Part shown: in pieces, positions 9,478-18,711 of the stretch
Layout: the number at the start of each line of letters is the position of its first letter
Numbering within the stretch: the stretch's first letter is position 1
From: Clostridiales bacterium
GTDB lineage: Bacteria; Bacillota; Clostridia; Peptostreptococcales; Acidaminobacteraceae
Direction of reading: 5' to 3'
Assembly (NCBI GenBank): GCA_030446305.1
Contig: JASUSA010000007.1
Location: forward strand, 1,538 to 65,537
DNA: 64,000 bases
Program-made: the position numbers and the translations under genes
Notes under the pieces: model-generated
What the model was told of the DNA's origin: nothing
The model's database searches: none
Seen by the model: only the letters and a program-made list of their open reading frames with translations

Positions 9478-10320
9478 ATGAAAAAAGAATACATGAAAAA
9501 AATCGGAGAATATGAATTTCAGTTAATGGAATGGGAAGGAGAGAAAGGCCCCGTCTTCTGTATCCATGCCCTTACCGGCAACGCCAATCACTTCCAGCTT
9601 ATCGCAAAGACACTTGCACCGGCCTATCATGTCATCGCCTATGATTTAAGGGGACGCGGCAACAGTTCACCGGCAGATCTCGACAGCAATGTGATGAAAC
9701 ATGCAGATGATGCCATTGCCGTCATGGATGCGCTTGGCCTTAAAAATCCACTGATTATCGGTCACTCCATGGGTGCTTATACCGCTGCAATTGTCGCGGC
9801 GCGAAGACCGGATATAAGAGGTGTGGTTTTACTGGACGGCGCCGGCGTCGTCACAGAACAGGATGTTAAAAACATTGAGCCGGCACTGGAGCGCGTCCGA
9901 AATATTTTCGACAAAAAAGAAGACTATATCGAGGGGGCAAAAAAATCCTACGAATCCATGGGACTCGATTGGAATGAAGTGCTCAGCAACAGTGTCAATC
10001 ACGAAATCGGCGAAACTGCTGATGGCAGATTTAAGTGCAAAGGCAATGCCGAAGCCATTCACAGCGATTTAGTCAGCCTGATGAATTACGATCACGAAAG
10101 CGTGCTGCCAAAAATCACATGTCCTGCACTGCTCGTCTACGCAAAGGGAATACTCGGCAATGCGCCGCTCTATTACGAAAACGCTTATGATAAAACCAAA
10201 GCGCTTATGAATCAGCTCGATTACTATATAACAGAAGCCAATCATTTCACTATGATGCATAAGGATATGCCTGAGCTTCAAAGCACCATCCACAGTTTTG
10301 TCGATCAATGTTTTGAATAA
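9478..10320 (+). CDS. Alpha/beta-fold hydrolase
   Basis: HG-type oxyanion region (FCIHALTGN), nucleophile elbow GHSMG, and a C-terminal His region (ANHFTMMH). Confidence 0.85.
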   Translation: MKKEYMKKIGEYEFQLMEWEGEKGPVFCIHALTGNANHFQLIAKTLAPAYHVIAYDLRGRGNSSPADLDSNVMKHADDAIAVMDALGLKNPLIIGHSMGAYTAAIVAARRPDIRGVVLLDGAGVVTEQDVKNIEPALERVRNIFDKKEDYIEGAKKSYESMGLDWNEVLSNSVNHEIGETADGRFKCKGNAEAIHSDLVSLMNYDHESVLPKITCPALLVYAKGILGNAPLYYENAYDKTKALMNQLDYYITEANHFTMMHKDMPELQSTIHSFVDQCFE

Positions 10321-10416
10321 TTGCAAATAGGCAGATGGCGGCCGGCATTGTCAATCAGAGGGGACAGGATCGCCGTCTTCTGCCATTTTGTTTCGCAGCT
10401 TGTTAATTGCCAAGCT

Positions 10417-10490
10417 TTTTAGTTCTTTAGATTTTAGTTCTTAAGATTTAATTCTTTAGATTTTAGTTTTTTAGCTTCTTAGCTTACCGT
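10417..10490. repeat. T-rich degenerate tandem repeat, about 5 units of 14-15 bp
   Basis: TTTAGTTCTTTAGA / TTTTAGTTCTTAAGA / TTTAATTCTTTAGA / TTTTAGTTTTTTAGC / TTCTTAGCTTA. It lies between the hydrolase and the CoA-transferase genes. Confidence 0.7.
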
Positions 10491-10534
10491 ATCCACTTTA
10501 AAGCATTCAAAGGTTCTACAAAAGGAGTACGCCT

Positions 10535-11263
10535 ATGAACAAAGTAAAAACACTGGATGAAGTCATTGACCAAGTTAAAGATGGCATGACCCTTATGATT
10601 GGCGGTTTTCTGGGCGTGGGTTCGCCACTGCGCTGTCTTGAAAAACTGGCTGAAAGGAATGTAAAGGATCTAACCGTTATTGCCATTGTCAATTCCTATC
10701 CCGGCGGCAACTTCGATCTCGCACCACTTTTTGCAAAAAAACAAATACGGAAATTTATTACTGCACATGCCGGAACCTGTCCTGAAGCCGTTCAAGCTTA
10801 TAAAAGCGGCGATGTTGACATTGAATACTATCCTATGGGAACGCTCATTGAAAAAATTCGTGCCGGCGGCGCTGGTCTGGGTGCCGTTGTAACCCCAATC
10901 GGCGTCAACACCTATGTTGAAAAGGACAAGGAAAAGCTTATCCTCAATGGCAAAGAATACCTCATTGAATTACCGCTTCGCGCAGATATGGCCTTTATCA
11001 AGGGCTATCGTGCCGATACGCTCGGCAATATTCAATATCGCGGAATCGCCATGAACAGCAACCCTGCAATGGCGTCGGCAGCTGACTACACAGTTGCAGA
11101 AGTCAACGAAATCGTGTCGCTTGGCGATATTGACCCGGAACGTGTTGGCACCCCCTGTGTCTTTGTCAACGCCGTTGTGAACGGCTACCCAATGACGCAA
11201 CATCACGCGCTGTATCGAGAACTTTGGACGAAAAGCGGTTATCTTCGTCAGCCAAACGCATAA
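10535..11263 (+). CDS. 3-oxoacid/acetate CoA-transferase, subunit A (AtoD/ScoA/CtfA type)
   Basis: AAAGGAG RBS. GMTLMIGGFLGVGSP and the family I CoA-transferase alpha pattern. Confidence 0.9.
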   Translation: MNKVKTLDEVIDQVKDGMTLMIGGFLGVGSPLRCLEKLAERNVKDLTVIAIVNSYPGGNFDLAPLFAKKQIRKFITAHAGTCPEAVQAYKSGDVDIEYYPMGTLIEKIRAGGAGLGAVVTPIGVNTYVEKDKEKLILNGKEYLIELPLRADMAFIKGYRADTLGNIQYRGIAMNSNPAMASAADYTVAEVNEIVSLGDIDPERVGTPCVFVNAVVNGYPMTQHHALYRELWTKSGYLRQPNA

Positions 11264-11288
11264 AGAAACGGACTGGAGGTTATCCGAA

Positions 11289-11957
11289 ATGGATGTAAGA
11301 GAAAAAATCGTCAGACGAACAGCCTTGGAATTGAAAGACGGCGAAGTTGTCAATCTCGGATTTGGTATGCCGGTAGGTGTCGCTAATTATATTGCACCGG
11401 AAAAGGCAATCATTTTTCAGACGGAAAACGGCGCACTGATGTTTGGACCGACCCCTGTTTTGGGAAAAGAAGATCCGGATGTCGCAAATGCTGCTTCACA
11501 GCCGATTACACTGCTTCCCGGCGCAAGCATTTTTGACATTGCCACTTCATTCGCCATCATTCGCGGCGGTCATGTCGATGCCACTGTGCTCGGTGCACTT
11601 GAAGTCGATCAAAATGGCAATATTGCCAACTGGGCAATTCCCTTTGCAGAAGGCAAATACTTGCCGGGCATGGGCGGTGCCATGGATCTCGTTGGCGGCG
11701 CCAAACGCGTCATCGCCATTCTTCAACACTGCGATAAAAAAGGACAGTCTAAAATTCTTCACGCCTGCACCCTTCCCATCACGGGAAAAGGCGTCGTTGA
11801 CACCATTATAACGGAGCTTGCTGTCTTTCGCGTCACTGACAAAGGGCTTATGTTGGAAGAAATGGCAGACGACATGACGGTTGAAGCGTTAAAAGCCGTC
11901 ACCGAAGCGGATTTCATCGTCCCAGACGGCAATCCCAAGCATTATCAAGTTGTATAA
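11289..11957 (+). CDS. 3-oxoacid/acetate CoA-transferase, subunit B (AtoA/ScoB/CtfB type)
   Basis: The ENG motif (QTENGALMFGP, catalytic Glu context) and GMGGAMDLV. It starts 25 nt after subunit A. Confidence 0.9.
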   Translation: MDVREKIVRRTALELKDGEVVNLGFGMPVGVANYIAPEKAIIFQTENGALMFGPTPVLGKEDPDVANAASQPITLLPGASIFDIATSFAIIRGGHVDATVLGALEVDQNGNIANWAIPFAEGKYLPGMGGAMDLVGGAKRVIAILQHCDKKGQSKILHACTLPITGKGVVDTIITELAVFRVTDKGLMLEEMADDMTVEALKAVTEADFIVPDGNPKHYQVV

Positions 11958-12117
11958 ACGATGCACACACACTTCGAGTCACGATGATGACAAAATAACT
12001 GCAGCAAATAAGCGTTGCAATCGCTTTGTATCCTATTGCGTTTAAACACGATAACAATATGCTTATTTTCACCTAATCGAAAACCCTAAACTGATATCTA
12101 AAACACCCACCACAGAG

Positions 12118-12159
12118 CAGCGCCAAGACCTAGTCGTTTTGGCGCTGTTTCCCTTTTTG
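12118..12159 (+). terminator. Rho-independent terminator after the CoA-transferase genes
   Basis: CAGCGCCAA / TTGGCGCTG stem followed by TTTCCCTTTTT. Confidence 0.7.
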
Positions 12160-12413
12160 ACAAAAAACATGCTGTTAAAAAATGTATCCGTCAAATGCAT
12201 TTGTTAAAAAGTAATGTAACTTAGAATATCTTTGAAAGCAACGCGTAATAACCTTGATGAATCGCCATAAATCTTGATAAAATAGTAACGTGGTAAAAAT
12301 TCGCGTCTTTACTTTTGATAAAAGATTCTGTTTTGATCATAAGAAATTGGCATCGTTCTCTTTTAATGCTTCTTTTAATCTTAAATCCCATAAATGCTTT
12401 GAAAGGATTGATC

Positions 12414-12941
12414 ATGAAATTTGTCGTTAATGGCATTACATTTTCCAGAATCATACTTGCACTGTTACTTTTTCAATTCGAACCGCTGAGCACCTCATTT
12501 TTTATCCTTTACATGCTCTGCGGTCTCAGCGATATGGCAGACGGTTATCTTGCCCGAAAAACCGGAACGACCAGTGAATTCGGCGCTAAGTTGGATTCTC
12601 TGGCAGATCTCGTCATGGTTTTTGCAGTCCTTATCATTTTGATACCCGTCTTGACAATACCATTGCGCGATATTATTTGGATCGCGTGCATTGCGCTCAT
12701 TCGATTCATTTCATTACTCATTGTCGCAATAAAATTTCGAAAATTCGGCATTGTTCATACCTACGCCAATAAGGCTACCGGCTTCGCGCTCTTTCTCTTC
12801 CCGTTGCTGCTCGCCGTCATTGGACTTCCCATAACCACATTACTCCTCTGTACAATGGGAACCATATCCGCTTTGGAAGAACTACTCATGCACCTTATCA
12901 ACACGGATTTAGATATCAACCAAAAGAGCATTTTCAAATGA
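12414..12941 (+). CDS. CDP-alcohol phosphatidyltransferase family protein
   Basis: Signature D-x2-DG-x2-AR-x8-G-x3-D-x3-D (DMADGYLARKTGTTSEFGAKLDSLAD) in a multi-TM protein. GAAAGGA RBS before ATG 12414 (the track ORF starts at 12315). Confidence 0.85.
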   Translation: MKFVVNGITFSRIILALLLFQFEPLSTSFFILYMLCGLSDMADGYLARKTGTTSEFGAKLDSLADLVMVFAVLIILIPVLTIPLRDIIWIACIALIRFISLLIVAIKFRKFGIVHTYANKATGFALFLFPLLLAVIGLPITTLLLCTMGTISALEELLMHLINTDLDINQKSIFK

Positions 12942-13012
12942 CGCTACGCCATCATAAAAAATATCGTAAGAAATATCATCAGCGACAGCTTAAAAGCATC
13001 CTAGGAGGCATC

Positions 13013-13354
13013 ATGATTACCAATCCAAAACATCAAACTGTCTATAACAAGCTCGTTCGAGATTATATTCCGGAAATCATCGAATCCAGCGGCAAAACGT
13101 ATACGCATCATATTGCAGATGAAGCTGAATACCAAAGTGCACTTTTAACGAAGCTTCGCGAAGAAGCAGATGAGTTTATCAGCACACCCAGCGTAGAAGA
13201 ACTGGCCGATATCTTGGAAGTGATTGATGCGATTAAACAATACTATCACTATGAAGACGCTGTCATCCACGCCGTTAAAACCGACAAAGCCATTGAACGC
13301 GGCGGATTCGCAAAGCGAATCATACTGGAAACCGTTGAAAATAAACAATTGTAG
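13013..13354 (+). CDS. MazG-like nucleoside triphosphate pyrophosphohydrolase (small all-alpha type)
   Basis: KLVRDYIPEII...EEADEF...ELADILEV is the typical MazG/HisE-like EExxE/D pattern. AGGAGG precedes ATG 13013. Confidence 0.7.
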   Translation: MITNPKHQTVYNKLVRDYIPEIIESSGKTYTHHIADEAEYQSALLTKLREEADEFISTPSVEELADILEVIDAIKQYYHYEDAVIHAVKTDKAIERGGFAKRIILETVENKQL

Positions 13355-13374
13355 GTACTTATAGGAGGCCTGTT

Positions 13375-14301
13375 TTGGATAAACAAACGTTAACAAACTA
13401 CTTGGCACTTGGCCCAAAGCTGGTGTTGGAGCCTCATTTTAAAACGATCTTAGATGTTATCGGAAAAAATTTAGGCGCTGTTGACAGCGATATTCGAGAA
13501 GGAAGTTTAGATGTGCTATGGGATTTGATTGAAACCGATGCTTTAGACGGCGAAACTTGCTGTGCTCTCGGCAATCGTATGGCGGTACATTTATCTCATG
13601 GTCTCACGCAAGGTGAATACTGCGATGATACCGTTTTTTTAAGAACATTTTCTGCACTGATCTTAGGTGTAATCGTAAGCCATGATGAACGCTTATATCG
13701 ATTAAATGGCAGCGGTTTTTTACCGCGCTCTCTATATGTTCAATGGGCTAAAGCCGCCTTTCATTATGTTAAAACCGAGTACGACTATCGAAGTTTTATA
13801 CCAGACAAAGGCTGGGCACATGCAGCTGCACATACTGCCGACTTATTAAGGGATTTCTCGTATCACCGCTACTCCGATGCGAAACTACAGATTAGCGCGC
13901 TTGAACATATCGCCTTTCGGCTCACACAAACTGACCACGATATTTTTTTACACAATGACGAACATCGACTCACGCGTATTGTCATCATTATCCTCTATCG
14001 GCAAACATTGGCACTCGATTTTTATCAGGCATGGCTGGACACACTGGTCAAAAACGTATTGGCATGCCTTCAGTCAGAACCTGATATGATACAACGCGCT
14101 GTTCTAAAACATAATGCTATGGCTTTCTTAGAAGCACTCTTTTTCACACTGACTTTTGGTATGAAAAATATCAAAGACATTCCAGAATACGACACACTGC
14201 CGCCACTTTCCGATGCTCTAAAAGCTTTCATAAATGATTCCATCAAACGGCTTGACGCAGGGCTAAATTATAAAACACAGCGCAACCGTTTGCCTGTGTG
14301 A
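13375..14301 (+). CDS. Hypothetical helical-repeat protein, possibly DUF2785
   Basis: AGGAGG RBS and TTG start. The KGWAHAAAHTADLL segment resembles DUF2785 proteins from memory. Not verified. Confidence 0.5.
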   Translation: MDKQTLTNYLALGPKLVLEPHFKTILDVIGKNLGAVDSDIREGSLDVLWDLIETDALDGETCCALGNRMAVHLSHGLTQGEYCDDTVFLRTFSALILGVIVSHDERLYRLNGSGFLPRSLYVQWAKAAFHYVKTEYDYRSFIPDKGWAHAAAHTADLLRDFSYHRYSDAKLQISALEHIAFRLTQTDHDIFLHNDEHRLTRIVIIILYRQTLALDFYQAWLDTLVKNVLACLQSEPDMIQRAVLKHNAMAFLEALFFTLTFGMKNIKDIPEYDTLPPLSDALKAFINDSIKRLDAGLNYKTQRNRLPV

Positions 14302-14463
14302 ACTGACAATCACACCCTCTATGGCTCACTTTTGATCCTTATCAATTCACCACAATCATACGATTAGGGATTAAGACAAAGCTTAAGGTGGCATGCACCG
14401 TTAAACAATAAGCTTACACTAAAATGAATTATTTTATTTATATTTGCGAAAGGCATACAACCC

Positions 14464-15165
14464 ATGCGACACTATGCAATGTCCACCCTTTACAATATGA
14501 GAGACCTCGGCGGCTACCCAGCTTCAGGCGGCAACGCCACACAGTTCGGACGTTTATTTCGAAGCGACTGTCCTGTAACATTCTCTGAGAAAGATATAAA
14601 ACACATTGATACAATGCATATAACCTGCGCAATCGACCTGCGAATCCCATCGGAAATAGAAGAAAATCCCAGCTTCTTTGCAAGTCACAAAGGCGTCAAT
14701 TATCACAATATCTCTTTTGAAACCGGGAATAAAAGTCCGGATTGCGAATCGGCAATCGCCAGCGGCTATTTGAAGATGTTTGAAGATCAAAAAGCCATTG
14801 GCCGCATTCTTCATACCATTGCAAACGCAGACGCCAATGTGTTCTATCACTGTGCAGTCGGCAAAGATCGGACAGGTGTGGTCAGTGCGCTGTTGCTTAA
14901 AATCTGCGGTGTATCAGATGAAGACGTCATTGCCGATTACCAGCTTTCTGCGACATACTTGCATCCCATGATTGTTGCCATGAAGCGTGAGCACCTAGAG
15001 TGGCCGGACTGGATTGGCAGTTCCAAACCTGAATATATGCGTGACTGCCTCAAAATGCTATATGAGAAGTATGGTACATTTGAAAATTATCTTCATACCG
15101 TCAGCATTGACACAGCCATTACACGCAGCATTCGGCGAAAACTGTTGAGGGTAACAAAACCGTAA
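14464..15165 (+). CDS. Tyrosine/dual-specificity-type phosphatase (CX5R family)
   Basis: Active-site loop HCAVGKDRTG (C-x5-R). Confidence 0.8.
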   Translation: MRHYAMSTLYNMRDLGGYPASGGNATQFGRLFRSDCPVTFSEKDIKHIDTMHITCAIDLRIPSEIEENPSFFASHKGVNYHNISFETGNKSPDCESAIASGYLKMFEDQKAIGRILHTIANADANVFYHCAVGKDRTGVVSALLLKICGVSDEDVIADYQLSATYLHPMIVAMKREHLEWPDWIGSSKPEYMRDCLKMLYEKYGTFENYLHTVSIDTAITRSIRRKLLRVTKP

Positions 15166-15235
15166 GCTGCAAAGAATACTTTAAGCGCATCACTGTGCTT
15201 GCGCCTCACTTTCAAACGACGTCTCCTATACAACA

Positions 15236-15277
15236 TAAAAACCCGGTTGAACCATTCAACCGGGTTAATCTTTTTTG
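15236..15277. terminator. Bidirectional intrinsic terminator between the phosphatase and clpE
   Basis: AACCCGGTTGAA-CCA-TTCAACCGGGTT perfect 12-bp stem, flanked by an A-run and a T-run. Confidence 0.85.
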
Positions 15278-15362
15278 CGAACATCAATCATGCTGTTCTA
15301 AACGCTACGTGTCATCTGAATTAATTGCACGCGCCTTGCTTCTCGAGCCATTCACCATCAAT

Positions 15363-17645
15363 TTATTGAACGGTTACTTTTACCTTTTGGTTCTCGAGCA
15401 TGAACTTCATGGTACAGCCTGTTACGAGTTTTTTACGAATATACAGTTCTGCAATTTCATCTTCAATTAGCTTCTGAATGGTGCGTCTCAGCGGGCGTGC
15501 GCCATATTTATCGTCAAATCCTTCGTTGAGAATTAGCGCTTTCACTTCATCTGAAACTTCCATAAACATTTTCTTTTCACGCACTTCTTCATGGACTTCT
15601 TTAAGCTGTAATTCGACAATGCGACTGAGCTCTTCGCGTTTTAAGCTTCTAAAGACGACGATTTCATCAACGCGGTTCAGGAATTCAGGTCTAAACGCTT
15701 CTTTCAGCATTTCTCTGACTTTAACTTCCGCCTTGTCTTGCGCTTCTGAACCAAAGCCAATACCACTTGATTTGAGGTTTGTCCCAATATTGGAAGTCAT
15801 GATAATAATCGTGTTTTCAAAAAACACCGTCCTACCCTGTCCATCCGTTAATCGGCCATCCTCTAATATTTGCAGCAGTAAATTAAAGACATCCGGATGC
15901 GCTTTTTCAATTTCGTCTAATAAAATCACTGAATATGGCTTCCTGCGCACTTTTTCAGTAAGCTGTCCACCATTTTCAAAACCGACATATCCCGGAGGCG
16001 CGCCAATCAATTTCGAAACGGTATGTTTCTCCATAAATTCTGACATATCAACGCGAATCATGGCATCTTCATCACCAAACAGTTCCTCTGCAATGGTGCG
16101 TGCCAATTCGGTTTTACCAACGCCAGTTGGGCCAACGAAAATAAACGAGGCTGGTTTTTTGCGTTTTCTAAACCCGGAACGGCTTCGGCGAATTGCCTTT
16201 GCAATAGAACCAACTGCGTGTTCTTGTCCAATAATGCGTTTATGCAGCCTATTTTCAAGTTCGATAAGTTTTTCAGCTTCTTCTTCTGTAATTTTTTGTA
16301 CCGGAATTTTCGTCCATGCCTCAATGACATAGGCAATGTCTTCAACCGTCAAATGAACGTGTCTAACGCTTTGCTCCAGCGAATCAATATGGTGATTCAG
16401 TCGAAGTTCTTCTGCTTTAAATTCTGCCGCTTTTTCATAGTCACCGTTTTCAACAGCTGCCATTCGCTTATCTTCAACTGATTCAAGCTGTGCTTCCAGT
16501 GCTTTCAATTCAACGAGCCCCTTGTTTTTCAAGTTGGCACGCGAACCGGCTTCGTCTATAACATCAATGGCTTTATCCGGCAAAAAACGATCTGTAATAT
16601 AACGGTCTGAAAGTTTTACAGCCGCTTCAACTGCTTCATCATCTATTTTTACTTTATGGAATTTTTCATAGTAGTCGCGAATGCCCTTGAGAATCTCAAT
16701 ACTGTCCTCTACCGATGGCTCATCAATGATTACCGGTTGAAATCTACGCTCAAGCGCCGCATCTTTTTCGATGTGCTTTCGATATTCTTCCAGCGTGGTT
16801 GCGCCAATCACCTGAATCTCGCCGCGTGCGAGAGAAGGTTTTAAAATATTGGCTGCATTCATTACGCCGCCGTGTACTTCGCCTGCACCCATGATATTAT
16901 GCACCTCGTCTATGACGAGTACAATATTGCCATGCGATGCCGCCTCATTTATGATGGATTTCATACGACCTTCAAACTGGCCTCTAAACTGCGTTCCAGC
17001 GACAATCGCCGTCATATCCAGCAGGTATATCTTCGTATCCAGCAGTTTTTCAGGTACTTCTTTTTCGACGATACGGACAGCTAAGCCTTCTGCAATTGCC
17101 GTCTTGCCAACACCTGGCTCACCAAGTAAAATTGGATTGTTTTTCGTACGCCTGTTGAGAATTTGCACCACGCGGTCAATTTCGCGATGTCTGCCGATAA
17201 TACGGTCAATCTCGTGATTATTTGCTTTTTCAATTAAATCAACGCCGTATTTTTTAAGCGTCTTGAGTTTAGACTTCCGCGCACGTCGATGTGGTTGCTC
17301 TTCAAAATCTTCTTCCTCTTCTTCATAGCCTTCGTAGTCTTCTTCATCTTCATCGTATTCTTCTTCTATTTCGTCGCTGTAACCTTCGCTTTCATAGCTC
17401 ATGAGGTTCATCAACGGGTTATCTTCATCGTGTGACATATGATCAAAGAGTTTGTTCATTTGTTTTGAGAGATTATCCATTTCATCTGGGCTGAGATTGA
17501 TCTGATTCATGATCTCATCCATGACAGGATAACCCATCTTCTCAGCGCATTCCAAGCATAAGTCAATGTACTCAGTCTTGCCGTTTTCAATCTTTGCCGT
17601 ACGCATCATCGCAATATTTTTTTTACAAACGGAACATTTTTTCAT
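15363..17645 (-). CDS. clpE: ATP-dependent Clp protease ATP-binding subunit ClpE (Zn-ribbon N-terminus, two AAA+ modules)
   Basis: N-terminal CSVCKK...CLEC zinc ribbon, an acidic linker, two Walker A sites (GEPGVGKTA, GPTGVGKTE), and a Clp/Hsp100 middle and C-terminal domain. Confidence 0.9.
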   Translation of the reverse strand: MKKCSVCKKNIAMMRTAKIENGKTEYIDLCLECAEKMGYPVMDEIMNQINLSPDEMDNLSKQMNKLFDHMSHDEDNPLMNLMSYESEGYSDEIEEEYDEDEEDYEGYEEEEEDFEEQPHRRARKSKLKTLKKYGVDLIEKANNHEIDRIIGRHREIDRVVQILNRRTKNNPILLGEPGVGKTAIAEGLAVRIVEKEVPEKLLDTKIYLLDMTAIVAGTQFRGQFEGRMKSIINEAASHGNIVLVIDEVHNIMGAGEVHGGVMNAANILKPSLARGEIQVIGATTLEEYRKHIEKDAALERRFQPVIIDEPSVEDSIEILKGIRDYYEKFHKVKIDDEAVEAAVKLSDRYITDRFLPDKAIDVIDEAGSRANLKNKGLVELKALEAQLESVEDKRMAAVENGDYEKAAEFKAEELRLNHHIDSLEQSVRHVHLTVEDIAYVIEAWTKIPVQKITEEEAEKLIELENRLHKRIIGQEHAVGSIAKAIRRSRSGFRKRKKPASFIFVGPTGVGKTELARTIAEELFGDEDAMIRVDMSEFMEKHTVSKLIGAPPGYVGFENGGQLTEKVRRKPYSVILLDEIEKAHPDVFNLLLQILEDGRLTDGQGRTVFFENTIIIMTSNIGTNLKSSGIGFGSEAQDKAEVKVREMLKEAFRPEFLNRVDEIVVFRSLKREELSRIVELQLKEVHEEVREKKMFMEVSDEVKALILNEGFDDKYGARPLRRTIQKLIEDEIAELYIRKKLVTGCTMKFMLENQKVKVTVQ

Positions 17646-17822
17646 AATTCGGATCCCCTCTTTATCCCATACAAATTTCTAGGATATTTTTAATTATACA
17701 CCATGCTATTCGGGATATTATATGCTTTTGTTAAATTTTTTATGAATTTTTATACTTTTTTGCATTGTTTTATCACTTTTAATTACATAAAATATAACGA
17801 GAACGTCAAAAGGAGGTATTAA

Positions 17823-18464
17823 ATGGACGCAAATTTACAAAAAACCATGTCACAAAAAATCGAACGCACCCTGGAAAATTTGAAAAAGAATCAAATGAAT
17901 GGGTACTATGTCGAAAACATTTCAGATTTGAAAGCCCTCGTAAAAAGCATGCTGAAAGAGAATGATATTGTATCAGTGGGCGGATCAAGAACACTTTTTG
18001 AGGCAGGTATCATTGACATTTTGAAATCAGGATCGTATCAGTACCTCGACCGTTATCAAGAAGGTCTATCGGCGGCAGAACTTCAAAAACTTTTTAGAGC
18101 TGTATTCTTTGCAGACGTCTACGTTACGAGCAGCAATGCCGTCACAGAAGAAGGCGAACTTTACAATGTCGACGGCACTGGCAACCGCGTTGCCGCCATG
18201 TCGTTTGGCCCTAACAAAGTAATCGTCATCGCCGGCATCAATAAACTCGTTCGAGATATGGATGCCGCATACCAACGCAATCGTCAGATTTCAGCCCCAG
18301 CTAACAACAACCGATTAAACAAGAACACACCTTGTACCATTGCTGGCGAATGCAAGGACTGTAAATCACCGGGACGTATTTGCAATATGTTTGTCAGAAC
18401 AGGATTCCAAAGCAACAAAGACCGGATGCATGTTATCATCGTCGGCGAATCTCTCGGGTACTAA
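17823..18464 (+). CDS. LUD-domain (LutC/YkgG-like lactate-utilisation family) protein
   Basis: AAAGGAGG RBS. The pattern SVGGSRTL...VYVTSSNAVTEEGELYNVDGTGNRV...VIVIAGINKL is typical of DUF162/LUD proteins. The C-terminus is Cys-rich (CTIAGECKDCKSPGRIC). Confidence 0.75.
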   Translation: MDANLQKTMSQKIERTLENLKKNQMNGYYVENISDLKALVKSMLKENDIVSVGGSRTLFEAGIIDILKSGSYQYLDRYQEGLSAAELQKLFRAVFFADVYVTSSNAVTEEGELYNVDGTGNRVAAMSFGPNKVIVIAGINKLVRDMDAAYQRNRQISAPANNNRLNKNTPCTIAGECKDCKSPGRICNMFVRTGFQSNKDRMHVIIVGESLGY

Positions 18465-18607
18465 GTTAAAAGGCGTTCTCAAAACAAAAAATTTAAGCCC
18501 CTGTGCTGTTGATAATCAGCTTTCCCGAAGTCAGGTTTTGGCCTGATTTTCGAGAAGTGCTCACAACACCACAAGGGCTTTCTTCATTTCAATGATCCTT
18601 AACTGTT

Positions 18608-18711
18608 ATACGCTTCCAGCATACGTTTCTGTAATACGTTTCCGTGATGCGCTTCTGTAATACGTTTCCGTGCTGCGCTTCCGTAATACGTTTCCATGAT
18701 GCGCTTCCGTC
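18608..18711. repeat. Non-coding tandem array, 8 x 13 bp (or 4 x 26 bp), consensus ATRCGYTTCYRTR
   Basis: The units are ATACGCTTCCAGC, ATACGTTTCTGTA, ATACGTTTCCGTG, ATGCGCTTCTGTA, ATACGTTTCCGTG, CTGCGCTTCCGTA, ATACGTTTCCATG and ATGCGCTTCCGTC, head to tail in a convergent intergenic gap. Confidence 0.9.

Noticed and set aside
12315-13012. Longer N-terminal extensions offered by the ORF track (12315 for the transferase, 12938 for the MazG-like gene; similarly 22620, 26448, 30740, 31209, 33682, 35916, 40338, 40371, 44690, 51760, 56004)
   Set aside because: In each case an internal ATG or TTG with a good AGGAGG-type RBS gives a product starting where the family normally starts. The extensions also overlap neighbouring genes, promoters or repeats.
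15478-16332. 284-aa plus-strand ORF (and several 60-120-aa ORFs) inside clpE
   Set aside because: They lie entirely antisense to a strongly supported Clp ATPase gene. The products are Ser/Pro/Ile-rich and low-complexity with no RBS, which is typical of a shadow ORF.
17646-17822. CtsR operator (tandem GGTCAAA heptads) upstream of clpE
   Set aside because: I searched both strands by eye. There is only a single GTCAAA, next to the RBS of the divergent gene, and no tandem heptad.
10417-18711. Possibility that the tandem arrays at 10417-10490 or 18608-18711 are CRISPR arrays
   Set aside because: The units are contiguous with no unique spacers, the unit length (13-15 bp) is far below CRISPR repeat size, and no cas genes are present.
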